Made by a program: the position numbers and the translations under genes
Notes under the pieces: generated by a model
Told to the model about the DNA's origin: nothing
Databases searched by the model: none
The model's input: the letters and a program-made list of their open reading frames with translations, nothing else
Source of the DNA: Octopus bimaculoides
Taxonomy: Eukaryota
Assembly: GCF_001194135.2 (NCBI RefSeq)
Contig: NC_069003.1
Location: 18,018,296-18,082,295, forward strand
Reading direction: 5' to 3'
DNA: 64,000 nucleotides
Shown: one piece after another, positions 41,001-52,065 of the stretch
How positions within the stretch are numbered: position 1 is the stretch's first letter
How the letters are laid out: every line of letters starts with the position of its first letter

Positions 41001-42710
41001 TGGTCTGGTCATTAACTAAACTTATAACTTACATTAAAATTACAATAGGGTTTAAGTTTAAACATGAACATATTTTAAATGAAGCTTTATACCAAGTGGG
41101 TTGGTATCAAAGAAGTTAAAAAACAGAAATGACATTAACAATTGCCTCAACAATGACTCCAGAATCTTGATATCCCAAGATCAAACTGATCAAAATATGT
41201 CTATCCATGAATTCCTTCAGTAATGACCTATCATGGGTTTCTACACCTAGAAAGTCATTTCTCAAAGGCACAGAGCTGGTCAATGTTTATTTATGGAAGA
41301 CAAACAGTTGCCTCTACAAGCATGTCTCCTCTCTCTAGACTGCTGACACGGTCAAGAGACAGAGGAAGACCATTACACTTCGGCACAATATCACAGGAAG
41401 GTATCTAATCCAATGCTCAAACAATTCTGCTAATCTGGATTGGTACTGCTTCTCTTTTTTTTTTTAAAACCAATTTTCAAAGAATGAAAGGCAAAATCGA
41501 CGTTGGCAAGAGTGCAAAGAGAAAGAACAAATATTGCAAGGTATTCTAATTACCAGCAATTCACCATAATATTGTATAGCATATACAAATAAATGAAAGA
41601 TAAAAGTTAACAGACCCTAAAATTTCAAGTTTTATGTTGTCATTCTTTATATTTAACTAAATTAAAGAGTGGAGGAAACCACAATTTTTTTCTTTCCTTT
41701 AAACTGATGCCTGTAACAATGTATATCAAAAGGAACAGAGGTGGGGGCAATTCTGAAATTCTCTATTTTCTTAAACAGTACTGTATGGCCTATTCTTCTG
41801 AGTACTGCTTACAGGATGAAGTGCCCCACCAAGAACAGGAGAAACTGGTAAATCTTATGAATCTGTGCTGTGGTTGTAAGATTTGCTGTTAACCACAAAC
41901 CATCCAGTTGTCATCATCATCAAACATCCATGTTCAATGAGGTGGATGGTTTGACAGCCTGAGTACTGTATCCTGCTCCAAGGTCTGCTTTGGCTCTTCC
42001 AAATGCCAACCACTTTACATCATGTACAGGGTGGTTGGTTTGCAGCACCAGTGCTAGAGAGCATGTCATGTAGTTTGGAAGATTAAGATCCCTTTAGATG
42101 GAGAGGAAAGTGGCTTTATGCATCAGAGAAAGGGCTAGAACAGAACAGATTTCTTGCTATTCAGGAGCTACTCATCTTATAGGAGAGAGGGTGGAGATGG
42201 AAGAAACTAAAAATAGTTGTAGAATCTGAAAACAAACAAAGCCACTCTCCAGAAAAATAATCCCATGGCTGCTTCAACCATCAGAGAAATATCTATGGAC
42301 AATGAATACTAGAAATTCAAAAATTTGGTCACTAATTCAAAACACCACAGTACTAGACATGTTGGTATTTATTAGAAATGGTAGACTAGTAGAACATCGG
42401 TTAAAATACTTTTAGTATTCAGCTACAATCCTTTGCCTTCTGAGTTCAAATCTTACTTAGTTAATATAATCTTTCCTCCATAAAATAAGTATCAATACCA
42501 TAGTTAATCCACCTGTGAAGATAATGTTCCCACATGATCACAATTTAATGTCAAAAAACAAAGAATATAATACTCACAATATTCTGTGATTCCAGCTTCT
42601 TCTTCTGAGATTCCATGTCAGTAAGTTTTACTTGCAAATCACTAACCATTGCCTCAAGATCAAGCAATTTCTTCTGGGCAGCGGCAAGTTCTCTCTCCTT
42701 GCGATTGTAC
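7857..42710 (-). CDS. Lam: Nuclear lamin gene, 5'-partial (exon 1 outside window). Coding exons read 42710-42578, 40676-40527, 36012-35845, 34790-34665, 33648-33428, 32447-32231, 31100-30996, 29829-29713, 26260-26168, then probably 10691-10664 and 7861-7857; about 453 aa after the exon1/2 junction
   Basis: Hand splicing gives one continuous frame with GT-AG at every junction. It contains the IF rod-end motif [18 protein letters not shown], long coil 1B, NLS RGKKRKV and an Ig-fold lamin tail. Exon sizes 133/150/168/126/221/217/105/117/93 closely track human LMNA exons 2-10 as I recall them (157/126/171/126/221/223/108/120/90). Confidence 0.95.
8781..9066. mobile_element. MITE with long terminal inverted repeats
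   Basis: ataatatttatccccacttaaacatg... / ...catgtttaagtggggatagatattat; right-half copy at about 18805-18925. Confidence 0.7.
10664..10691 (-). CDS. Lam: Probable 28-nt lamin microexon TPQKKGWIF(+T)
   Basis: tgattttgttttgtttttttcacttgtag|ACCCCTCAAAAGAAAGGCTGGATATTCT|gtaagt; phase 0 in, phase 1 out; found by reading, without transcript support. Confidence 0.7.
12375..13555 (-). mobile_element. RTE-clade LINE, 5'-truncated and frameshifted (RT C-terminal part, Cys-rich insert, 3' UTR)
   Basis: ADNLALIV...[59 protein letters not shown], and [18 protein letters not shown], which is typical of RTE ORF ends. Confidence 0.85.
13725..13990. mobile_element. AT-rich fold-back MITE (imperfect inverted repeat)
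   Basis: caaatattaaatgaaa...tacaattggcaaactaaaaatttatttacattat pairs with ataatgtaaatagatttttagtttgtcaattgtatttcatttaatatttg. Confidence 0.7.
14257..14495 (+). mobile_element. Same SINE family, 5' part
   Basis: ggcatggctgtgcggtaagaagcttgcttcccaaccac...ggaaactgaaagaagcc. Confidence 0.8.
14730..14869. repeat. Near-perfect 140-nt hairpin (small fold-back element)
   Basis: attgttaaagaggacaacaaacattaag...catctcaagtcatataca pairs with tgtatatgacttgagatg...ttaatgtttgttgtcctctttaacaat. Confidence 0.8.
14935..15726. mobile_element. Tc1/mariner-derived palindromic element made of two inverted transposase 3' ends
   Basis: TA|CAGGGTGTCCC terminus; minus strand encodes [15 protein letters not shown]...GCHL, and the plus strand from 15400 carries a degenerate copy of the same segment. 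Confidence 0.75.
16826..16975 (+). mobile_element. Same SINE family, 5' part
   Basis: Head and core as above, followed by (TG)n and the Helitron-like 3' end. Confidence 0.8.
17027..17839 (-). mobile_element. Non-autonomous Helitron-like element, apparently full length
   Basis: Minus strand starts A|TCTCTACTAC and ends CTAG|T (TC...CTAG termini, A-T insertion site, no TSD); second copy at 278-867. Confidence 0.7.
18505..18768 (+). mobile_element. Second copy of the tRNA-head / hammerhead-motif element
   Basis: Colinear with 4650-4910, including the same cccatggg palindromic start and CTGATGAAGGCTG...CAGCC at 18651-18678. Confidence 0.7.
21908..22050 (+). mobile_element. hAT-type MITE left end, interrupted by a gap
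   Basis: CAGTGGTTCTCAACC terminus, typical of hAT/Charlie TIRs. Confidence 0.5.
26168..26260 (-). CDS. Lam: Lamin exon 10: [31 protein letters not shown]
   Basis: tttctttcttcag| acceptor, TCC|gtgagt donor; 93 nt; EMA corresponds to LMNA EVAM. Confidence 0.9.
26767..26992. mobile_element. piggyBac-type MITE with TTAA flanks, nested in a SINE
   Basis: TTAA-CTCTTTAGCATT...AATGTTAAAGGG-TTAA; related copies at about 30300-30520 and 55940-56145; a second TTAA-CCCTTT family at about 38591-38795 and 53641-53796. Confidence 0.7.
27468..28230. repeat. 42-bp minisatellite spanning an assembly gap
   Basis: Unit taaaagagagcaggagagagagagaggaagatagcaacagtg with period 42 (27499 to 27541); continues after the gap at 28186. 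Confidence 0.9.
29713..29829 (-). CDS. Lam: Lamin exon 9 (Ig fold): [39 protein letters not shown]
   Basis: ttctgcttcag| acceptor, GAG|gtaagt donor; 117 nt; matches LMNA [24 protein letters not shown]. Confidence 0.95.
30996..31100 (-). CDS. Lam: Lamin exon 8 (Ig fold): [35 protein letters not shown]
   Basis: ttggttctag| acceptor, ACC|gtaagt donor; 105 nt; matches LMNA DQSMGNWQIK...YRFPPKFTLKAGQVVT. Confidence 0.95.
32231..32447 (-). CDS. Lam: Lamin exon 7 (SP phosphosite, NLS, start of Ig fold): [72 protein letters not shown]
   Basis: ttcttccatag|A acceptor, AAG|gtcagt donor; 217 nt; KKRKV NLS and DGKFIKL lamin-tail motif. Confidence 0.96.
33428..33648 (-). CDS. Lam: Lamin exon 6 (end of rod): [73 protein letters not shown](R)
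   Basis: ttctgtccag| acceptor, AG|gtaaga phase-2 donor; 221 nt, same as LMNA exon 6; IF consensus YRKLLEGEE. Confidence 0.97.
34040..34630 (+). mobile_element. Three head-to-tail copies of an abundant short interspersed repeat filling the intron between lamin exons 5 and 6
   Basis: Repeated ggcacaaggcctgaaattttggg...gaaaggatgaaaggcaaa...gaactcagaa...gattctgccagct units separated by (TAA)n; other copies near 11050-11255, 31130-31310, 48170-48370. Confidence 0.7.
34665..34790 (-). CDS. Lam: Lamin exon 5: [42 protein letters not shown]
   Basis: ctttttacag| acceptor, CAG|gtaatt donor; 126 nt, same length as LMNA exon 5. Confidence 0.95.
35845..36012 (-). CDS. Lam: Lamin exon 4: [56 protein letters not shown]
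   Basis: ttctgtag| acceptor, AAA|gtaagt donor; 168 nt; RLADAL motif of lamin linker L12/coil 2. Confidence 0.95.
36056..36127. repeat. (GT)n(AT)n compound microsatellite about 45 nt upstream of the exon 4 acceptor
   Basis: Direct reading; one of dozens of similar dinucleotide tracts in the window. Confidence 0.95.
37507..37915 (+). mobile_element. tRNA-head SINE, best-preserved copy of the dominant family
   Basis: A-box-like TGGCTGTGTGG, B-box-like GGTTCAGTCC, shared core ggcaagtgtcttctactatagcctcgggccgaccaaagccttgtgagtggatttggtagacggaaactgaaagaagcc, A-rich tail. Related copies near 3183-3345(-), 3362-3535(-), 25360-25520(-), 30090-30215(-), 46117-46265(+), 52830-52970(-), 58620-58790(-). 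Confidence 0.85.
40527..40676 (-). CDS. Lam: Lamin exon 3: [50 protein letters not shown]
   Basis: tttataatttcag| acceptor, CAG|gtaagc donor; 150 nt; [11 protein letters not shown] motif. Not in the ORF track; read by hand. Confidence 0.95.
42578..42710 (-). CDS. Lam: Lamin exon 2 (coil 1B): (R)[44 protein letters not shown]
   Basis: Acceptor ttgtgtttag|G (phase 2), donor ATT|gtgagt; 133 nt; aligns to LMNA [21 protein letters not shown]. Confidence 0.95.
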
Positions 42711-45677
42711 CTAAACACAAAAAACAAGAAATTATTACCCAACCAGCCACAAAAGGACAGAAATAGCCACATCTGCTGCAAATCACACTGCCATCTTCAT
42801 CTTCAGTTTTTTACAACCTCCACACCCATGATAGCATGGACTATAGGAGACTATGGTTGGTTTTTCCCTTCTTGTCATCACAACCCTTGCCTACTTTACA
42901 AGTGCTGAGCTATCAAACACACTGTTGACAAGAGATGTGAACATACACAGACAATGGGCTTCTGTAGATCTCATCTCTCAAATTTTGCTCGCAGGATATT
43001 GGTCAACTTGAGGGTATAGTAGCAAACACTCACCCAAGGTTCCTCACAGTAGAATGGAACACAAAACCACATCTCAATCATGGGCAACAACTCCAGATAC
43101 ATTTTGATTTTATTCTAACCTCCTCACTAAATACCTTGCCAATGTAATTATGACTGAATTACAGTTAATGCATAATAATCGTACATTATTTGTTGGTTAT
43201 AAGAGGAACAACTCTGATATAAGCATGGAAGAATAAGTTATTTATTACTTCATGCATTTAAAAATATTGTATTTACTACAATTATTATATTGTATAAGAA
43301 TAAATTTGTTGGGTAATGTTTGTTTGACTATGGCTCAACAACAATTAATATAGTTGGTAATTTGGTGATAGGGGGAGGTGGAATGCAGGAAGGATTGATA
43401 GCATAATTAATTTTAACATAAAATTGCAGCTATGACATAAAAAAAAAGAGTGCTAACATGCCTATCCTCTCACTACTTTTATGTATTTAAGTAGTTAAGT
43501 CACCTTCCACTAAAGTTTTGTGTTTTTAAATATCTCTTGCTCATCACTGTTCATTTGCTATACAGGTCAGTGTCCCAATCAGTAGGAATAAATATGCATA
43601 TAATGTCATATTGGTAATCTAATAAACCATGTGTGTGTAATCATTGTTTTAATGTCTACTTTCCATGTTCACTTGGGTCAAGCAGCATTTGTTCAGGCAG
43701 ATTTTCAATAGCCAGATGCCCCTTCCTGTCTCCAAATAAACTAATACATCCCTCTGACTAGACATGTTTTCAAGGAAGATTGGAAAATGAAGGACATCAC
43801 TTGCATGATGGTAACACAAACGTACATATGACAGGCTTCTTTCAGCCTTATGAATGAATTAACTAAATGGAAACTGAAAGAAGCTACACATATGCACACA
43901 CATCGCAAAAGGCTTTTGATACCCAATTTTCACTACAATCCAATATACTACACATTGTACAAAGCCTCCATGTCCAATAACTGACATATCATCACCACTG
44001 TTTCACTGTCCACTTTTCCATGCTTGCATGGGTTAGAGTTGGTTGAAGCAGAATTTCTACAACCAGTTGTCCTTCTTGTCGTCAACCCTCACCTGTTAGC
44101 CAAATATGTCAACCCCTTGCAATTCTATAACTACCCAAGTCCACTTATTGAGGCTCTAACTCAACTCCAGTAGTGTTTGAGGGAAGGTAAGTCAAGAGCA
44201 TGTCTCTTTCCTCCTCATTAAGAAAGAGAGAGAGAGAGAAATATCCAAAACAATGTCTAATACAGTGGCTGCCAACCATTTTCACTGCCAAGGACCTCCT
44301 TTCCTCCTAGAGACCACTGGAGTTTAAGAAATGAATTTTGAACTTAGCTCGTGGATATCACAGAACTACCATTGTGCACTCCCAGACTGCATATCTAAAT
44401 GGTTGCTCAATTTATAAGAAATAATAGCCAAATCTTCCTTAACTTTTTAGCATCCAAATTACTGTCAAATTCACATTGTTTTGAATTAACTGTCTCATAG
44501 ATTTGAGATTTCAATGATGTGATTACTTTTAAAAGGGCACTGCAGGGCAGGTGCAAGAGGTCAGATCTGGCCATTATGGTAAATTTAAAGGCTTGTCTCT
44601 ACTGAACTACACTGCCTTTAATGATGAATTTATTAAAATGACTCATTATTCAGTTGGTGCTTATTCCGATGAGGTCAATATTGCCATTTATGCTTTTGGG
44701 GTCATTGAAATTTGTATCAATTGAGCACTGGAGTCAATGTAACTGACTATCCTCAACCAAATTTCAGACCTTGTGTCTATAGAAAGGAATTATTAAGCTT
44801 GGAATAACTTTAAAACAGAATTTTTATCATAGAACTAGGGGTGATCTCAGGTTGGTGATATTAAAAGGGTTAAATCATACTTTTCCATCTTTTAAAAAAG
44901 ATAAACTGAAGATAAATCCAAAGTACACATTACTGAAAATGGCACACACAGTTTCTATCAAAAGGCTTACTAGGTCAGCACAGACTTGCAGCTAAACAAC
45001 AATTAAAATAATGCTTTGAACAAACACATGAAGACTGTGCTGGTACGTGAATGTATACAAATACATATATATATAAATGTGTTAGTATAGACACAGATGG
45101 TTGCACACAAAAAATGCTCTTGAATTTATAATACACACTCCATGGGAAAGACAGCAAAATGGAGGCACATCTGTGAGCAGTGTGCATGATTTTTAAAAAC
45201 TGTCCATGCAGTTAGTAAATGTGGTGAAATGACTCAGGTGGGAATCAATCTGCAGTGTGGGCGTAGATGGTGTTACCATTGTAGTACTCTCACACAAAGG
45301 CTGGAGTACATGTATTCAATGCCTGGATACAAAATGATTATAGTTACAGCTATACCGCAAAAAGGTTGGTGAATATATTCAATTGTGAAAGGTATGAATG
45401 TTCACACATTCGCACACCCACACAAACACTGACACACATAATCATAGATACATGTCTTTTTTTTTTTTAATCTTTTACTTGTTTCAGCCATTTGACTGTG
45501 GCCATGATGAGGCACCAAATTTTGTATATATGATTTTTTTATCAAATATATACATCAAAAGGTTTATGCTTGTGTATATTTTAAATGTTTTTATATAAAC
45601 ACAAATATATGACCAAAGCCTTGTGAGAGGATTTGGTAGATAGACATAGAAAAAAAAAAAAACACCCTTCTCTCTCT

Positions 45678-45945
45678 AGCTGTGGCCATGTGGTAAGAAG
45701 TTTGCTTCCCAGCCATATGGTTCCAGGTTCAGTCTCTGCTTGGCACCTTGAGCAAGTGTCTTCTACTATAGCCTCAGTCTGACCAAAGCCTTGTGAGTGC
45801 ATTTAGCAGATGGAAATTGAAAGAAGCCCATCATGTATGTGGCTTTGTGTTTGTCACCCAACACCACTCAACATTTGGTGTTGGTGTGTTTACATCTCTG
45901 TAACTTAGTGGTTTGGCAAAAGAAACCAATAAAGTACCAGTCTTT
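45678..45945 (+). mobile_element. Same SINE family
   Basis: Head and core as above; a reverse-oriented core fragment abuts it at about 45610-45645. Confidence 0.75.
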
Positions 45946-47049
45946 ACATTAAAACGATTACACACACACAGAGTAATCCTTAATTTTCAAGTAACATTGA
46001 TGTGACTTGAAAAGTAAGGATTAATGACAGAAAGGCCATTCAGCTGTAATGAAAAATAAAAATGCCTCAATAATATACTCATCTAACCCATGATAACATA
46101 GAAAAGAAAAAATATGTGTGGCTGTGTGGTAAGAAGCTTGCTTCTCAACCACGTTGTTCCAAATTCAGTCTCACTACAAGGCACTTTAGGCATGTGTCTT
46201 CTACCATGGCCTCGGGCCAACCAAAGCCTTGTGAGTGGATTTGGTAGATGGAAATTGAAAGCCTTTCATGTGTAGTGTGTGTATCACTGTTCTCATTCCT
46301 AAGATATGCTGCTGATGTTACTTCTGAATACTGTCCGGATGTCATATGGACCATATATATTTTGTATTTTTTCCAAGATACAACTTTACAACATGGGTTG
46401 GGCACATTCTATATTGTACATTGCCTGATTAACATTATATATTTTTCTTTTGTTCTTTCAACTTGTTTCTGTCATTGGACTGCAGCCATGCTGGAGCACC
46501 ACACAGGAGGGTTTTATTCGAACAAATCAACTTCAGTTCCAGATGCCAAGAATTTCTGCATAGCAAGTGCATTTCACAAGGCATTGACTGGTCTGTCACT
46601 ACAACAGAAAAAACTTAAGTATGCTGACCTGTACTGAGACTGAACAAGAAATCATGTGCAAACTTAACCACACCTACACACATTTCATGCATAATTAATA
46701 TACTACTTCAGAGTATGTACTGATTTAGCAAGTGATATGATTTGAGGCCATGTATAGAAACTGAAACAATAACATGAAGGAAGAACCATTCCAACCATTT
46801 AAGAACAAACGAACACAAACTGTTGTATTCAGTTTTTGTTTAATTCTTAATAAGCCTGTCTATTACAAAGTATCAATATACTTTACTTTCACAGTGATGT
46901 ACCTGAGCCACTGACACAAATTCCACATGCACACACTTGCGTAAATAATTCATGATTTCAGTTATTGGACTATGACCATGCTGGAGCATGGTGTTAAAAA
47001 ATTTATAGTTAATAACATCAATCTGAGTTTTCAGTTTGGTGCTAATCTA

Positions 47050-48030
47050 GCCCATCTATTAAATGGGCTAGGATACTTTTTCTACATTAAAGGATGTCAC
47101 TTACTCTCCTACATACCTACGTGCAATGACATTCTCAGGCAGAATCTGGGCATCGACGAGGAACACCTGACTCGCCTGTTCAGGACAACTTTCGGGCTGG
47201 GACCTATGGACAGTCACCAAAAATCCCTGGCCTGGCAGTGCTATCGAGAAGTATTACCAGTTTGGGATAAGCTCTACAGGCATGGTTTGAGACACACTGG
47301 ACCGACTTGCCCAAGAGGCGGTCAGAGTAACAAAACCGTTCTGCATGCACTCGTGCAGTGTCCAACTATTTTGGACCTGTGGGCTTATGCCGAATGGCTG
47401 CTGTCACGTGTGGACGATTCCACTTGTTGGCCAAGTTTATTGTGACAATTGCTCCGCCACCTTCCCTTAACCGGGAAGACAAGGCAGTCTTCATTGTACT
47501 GGTGGCCATGATGAAAGAATGTGTATGGTGGACTTGAGCGAAAGGATTAGAGACAAACACCTACCTCTCTGGCCAATCGCTCATCAACTTTTTCAAGTAC
47601 CACTTGAAAAGGAAAGTGAGAATGGAGAGGCAGGTTTTGTCTCGTGAAAGTTTCAAAAAATGGTGGGCGAATGTCGCAAAGATGGTGCATGGGAGTGAAG
47701 AAACCACTTTGAACATGATCCTGTAAATCGAATAAAGAGAGAGAGAAAGAGCACTTTGCTCTCGTGTTTATTCCCTCCCTGCCTGAAGTTACCGTGGTCT
47801 TTTCCGTAGGCATTTCTTTCCACAGATAAACCTAATCTTGCTTCTTACATTTAAAAAATTTCTTCTGTGATAAACAATCCCTTTTGATCGCCCCTCCCCC
47901 CACTGACTCCTTTTGATCGGAATTTTACTTTTTTTTTCCCCTTTTTCATTTTCGAAAAGAAAAGCTCTACATTTGTATTTGTCCCCTCTGTGTTCAGCCC
48001 TGTGTGGCCAATAAAGAAAGCTATCTATCT
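47050..48030 (+). mobile_element. L1/Tx1-type LINE 3' end (degenerate zf-RVT region, 3' UTR, microsatellite tail)
   Basis: LAWQCYREVLPVWDKLYRHG...TCPRGGQSNKTVLHALVQCP...LW matches the CxxC...HxxxxC motif of L1/Tx1 ORF2 C-termini; frameshifted. Confidence 0.8.
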
Positions 48031-49260
48031 GTCTGTCTGTCTGTATGCACTTCTCTCTCTCATATATCTGTATGTTTATCTTTCTAGCATATTAGCCAAC
48101 CTGCCCAGCCATCTGGGTGAAATCATTCGAAAACTAAAAACAATTAAGTGCATTCTTTTCTACTCTAGGCACAAGGCCTGAAATTTTGGGGGAGGGGAGG
48201 GGGGAGTTGATTAGATTGACCCAGTATGCAACTGGTACTTAATTTATCAACTCTGAAAGGACGAAAGGCAAAGTTGACCTTAGTGGAATTTGAACTCAGA
48301 ACATAAAGATAGATGAAATACCGCTAAGCATTTTGCCTGGCGCACTAACGATTCTGCCAGCTCACCACCCTAAGTCAATCATTGTGACCAGTGGTGCATA
48401 ACATCTAATAGTTTGGTCAATACCATGATTATATATATCACAAACACAATTGCTAAGACATACAAGGAAACTAGCATCTCCACATACAATGACTATATTT
48501 AAGTATATATATATAAGAGAAAAGAACACGGGCATAACTAGGTACTCCTTCATTCCAATTGTTATACACGTTTCAGTATTCAGTAATACATAAACATGTA
48601 ACAACTGGAATAAAGGAATACCAAGTTATTATGCCCATATTCTTTTCTCTTTGTATTACATCATAACCCATCATCAGATATGGACAACTTTTGTGTACAA
48701 GTGATGGGGGGGGGGGGAGCGCGATTAACATTAGAGCTGAAACCTATCTAGTTTAATTGTCATGGATTGAGTGCATTTAATCATATGTATATATGGTTGT
48801 GGAGTTTGCTTCCTAACCATGTGCTTTCAGTCACTTCCACTGTAGGGTAACTTTGGGCAAGTATCTTCTTGGACTGACCCACGTCAGTGAGTGGATTTGA
48901 TGTACAGAAACTGAAAGAAGACAGTTGCATGTGCACACATGTTTGAGTTTACATCTGCAGTCAATTTGCATGAAAATGTGATGGGAATAGTTGTCACTTC
49001 CCTCTTGTCACTGAATCACTCAGCTAGTTTTTGCTTCTCCCATATGGAATAAGTGATTCCTTAATTAAAAATCAGGTAAGGTATCTGGTTTTAAAACAAT
49101 GCTTCAGATAATTTGTTTTACTTAATGGAGTACAGACTAAATGAACAGCTATGAAGAATTGAACCCCAAACCTTTCAGATACTAGCTGAGTGCTCTAATT
49201 CTCCGTAGCTACCTGCTAGCAACACACTCAGTGCTTAGAAAATGTGTGTGTGTGTGTGTA

Positions 49261-49362
49261 TATGGTTCACTGAATCCTGTCAAACTATCCAAACCCATGG
49301 ATGATTATGTAATCTCTGAATATTTTGCTAGAAGGAAACTATATGGAAGCTTGGCATATATA

Positions 49363-49408
<46 letters not shown>

Positions 49409-49500
49409 AAGCTTCCATATAGTTTCCTTCTAGCAAAATATTCAGAGATTACATAATCATCCATGGGTTTGGATAGTTTGACAGGATTCAGTGAACCATA
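49261..49500. repeat. Perfect 103-bp inverted repeat around a 34-nt (GT)n(AT)n loop
   Basis: 49261-49363 is the exact reverse complement of 49398-49500. Confidence 0.95.
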
Positions 49501-50840
49501 GGGCTGCATCGTGCTCCATATCAGCTTTGGCATGCTTTCTATGGTTGGATGCCTTTTTGAATGCTATAGTAGATGACAACCCATGTATGGGAGATTGAAC
49601 TAGGGACTACATAAACGTGAGGCAAACTTCTCAACTGGTGTCAGTCCTTGGACTATAGCACATAATTTGTTGTACTGATTCCATAAAGATCAGCAACAAC
49701 AGTATTAGGCTGTAAAATACTGCCTCAATAATATATTTATTTGTCTAACCCCTGCTAGCATGGAAAAACAGACAGAGAACCCAATCAATACACACACATA
49801 CATTTTTGTAATATTATATGTATGTAATTATAGGATTAGAGTTAAATATCATGTATATTTAATTTTATCAGTTACACACTTACTATTATCTAAAATATTA
49901 ATTTCATATTTCGATAATTCATTTTTTATTAAACCAAGTTAGTTCCTGTAACTTTTATCTTTTAATTTAAAGATTTATTCACATCGAATGTGTTTCCTTT
50001 CTGCAGCTTCTGCAGTGACACGTGCACCACAGACGCAGACATACATACTAGTAAGAAAAAAAAAAAAATCACAAAGAGATTTGCTTCAAGTGGTAATTAA
50101 CGCCAGCTGTAAACATAATGTAAAGAATAAATGACATTATTTAATCTTGGCTTCTGTAAGGCTCACACCATCAGTGTCAACAACAACAACAACAGTGGGT
50201 TATTACTACTGATATAATAATAGTACACACTGGTGTCAGCTACACTGCCACACCACTGCTATTACCACAAGACTGCTATTTAGAAATAAGATTATCATGG
50301 ATTACAGATACTAAACACTAAGTTGTTGACAGTGTGTTGTTTAGCCCCAGGTCAGGCCTGATCTAAAACAAGGCATATCATTTAAAAGCATCCCAGCTAC
50401 GACAATCTTAGCATTTTTGATTTGTTTTGTCAGTGTATCTAAGACTACATTTTGCTAACATATCCTTATTTTATTTTTGTGATGGTTGGGTGTGATAAGG
50501 GAGATTTGGTTGCTATTTCTAACAAGTCAAGCAAACACAGTAGAGGTTGCCTTGTTTAAAACAGTTGTTTATGCCTAAGTCAGCTTCTATCTACAAGACC
50601 TATAGATTAAATGTGTTCCTGCCACGACCCTTCTATCTGCATTTTTTCAGGATATCTAAGACAATTTTTATGAAGACAACAAGCAATCACCTATTGACAT
50701 GGTCACTCAACTTGCTAAAAACAATATGACTATCTCATCTTTGGAGATAACATTACCTGATGGTAGGTTGTGATGAAGAGGAATTTAGCTGCTATTTCTA
50801 GCATTTTGAGGAACTACAATAGAGATGGTTTCGTCTAAAA

Positions 50841-52065
50841 CAGTGCCTGCCAAACTGTGCCACAAAAAATATTTTCAGGAAGCAATGATCCAAGAACATT
50901 TGCAAAATTTGAGCGTAAATATAATTTAGTTACATTACACAACGAAGAGCAGTTCTGCTACAGCCTTGGAGATCACCATTGGCACAATGATTAGTGATGA
51001 AGCTGTCAACCAAATTAAGACCATTCCTTTGCATGCACACCCAATTTCTTTTAAAATTCAAGACATTGATGATCAGTTCCACAAACATTTCACTGAAGCA
51101 AAAAATGAACTCGAAAACTTGTGGGCTTTACAAATCGATGACAGTACAGACATCAGCAACAAAGCTCAACTAATTTCATTTCCATGAATCATCAGAGGTG
51201 GTAAAATCAAAAGTCAACTTTTCTTTTGTTGTGAATTGAAGGAAAGAATGACAGAAGATGTCTTTAACCTGGTAAACCAAAATGTCGTATTGAGAGGGAT
51301 GCAGTGGTAAACTTGTATTAGTGTTTGCACCGATAGTGCTTCATCCATGCAGGTTCAACAAAAAGGCTTCATGGGTCATGCATTACAAAAAAATCCACAA
51401 GTTAAAATTATATATTGCTTGATTGACTGCGAAGTTTTGATGTCAAAATCTCTACTTGATGGTCTCCTAAAGATGGACAACATTGTTAAAGTGGTGAATT
51501 ACATAAAATCACATTCCCTAAGGTGCAGACTTTTTACATCCCTACAGATTCTGATTTTAAGTGCTATCTCGATTTATCGCTTTGCAAAATGAAATAATAC
51601 ATTTCTTTGATGCTGAATATTCTGGATTTGAATTTCTTAATGATGATAATTGGTGGCTGGAAGTAGCATTTCTCAATGACCTTTTTGAGAAATCGAATGT
51701 TTTAAATTTGAGTCTGTAGACAAATTAAAGTCTTTCACCGACAAGTTAGAACTGCGGATAAGGAAAGTTAAAAACTCGCAGCCTGATTGCTTCCCAAGCA
51801 TAGAGGCTCTTCCAAAGAAATTTAAAATGTTGTCAGAAGTACAGAAGACAGTAGAAAATCTCTCTGTATTATTTTCTAAGTACTTTCCATCACTTGATTA
51901 TCAAATGTACGAGTGGGTCATCAATCCTTTCACAAGATACGAAAGTACACACCAGCCATTAACATTAACAGAAGAAAATTTAACAGATTTGAAAAACGAT
52001 CCTGAGCACAAAGCCTCGTTTTCTGAGCTAGAATTGTCAGAGTTTTGGAGCCAATATACAACAGT
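50841..52065 (+). mobile_element. Degenerate hAT (Buster/Charlie, ZBED5-like) transposase relic
   Basis: CAGTGCCTGCCAAACT TIR-like start; fragments ALQIDDSTDISNKAQL, CISVCTDSASSM, VKVVNYIKSHSL, WVINPF, SEFW; many stops and frameshifts. Confidence 0.8.
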
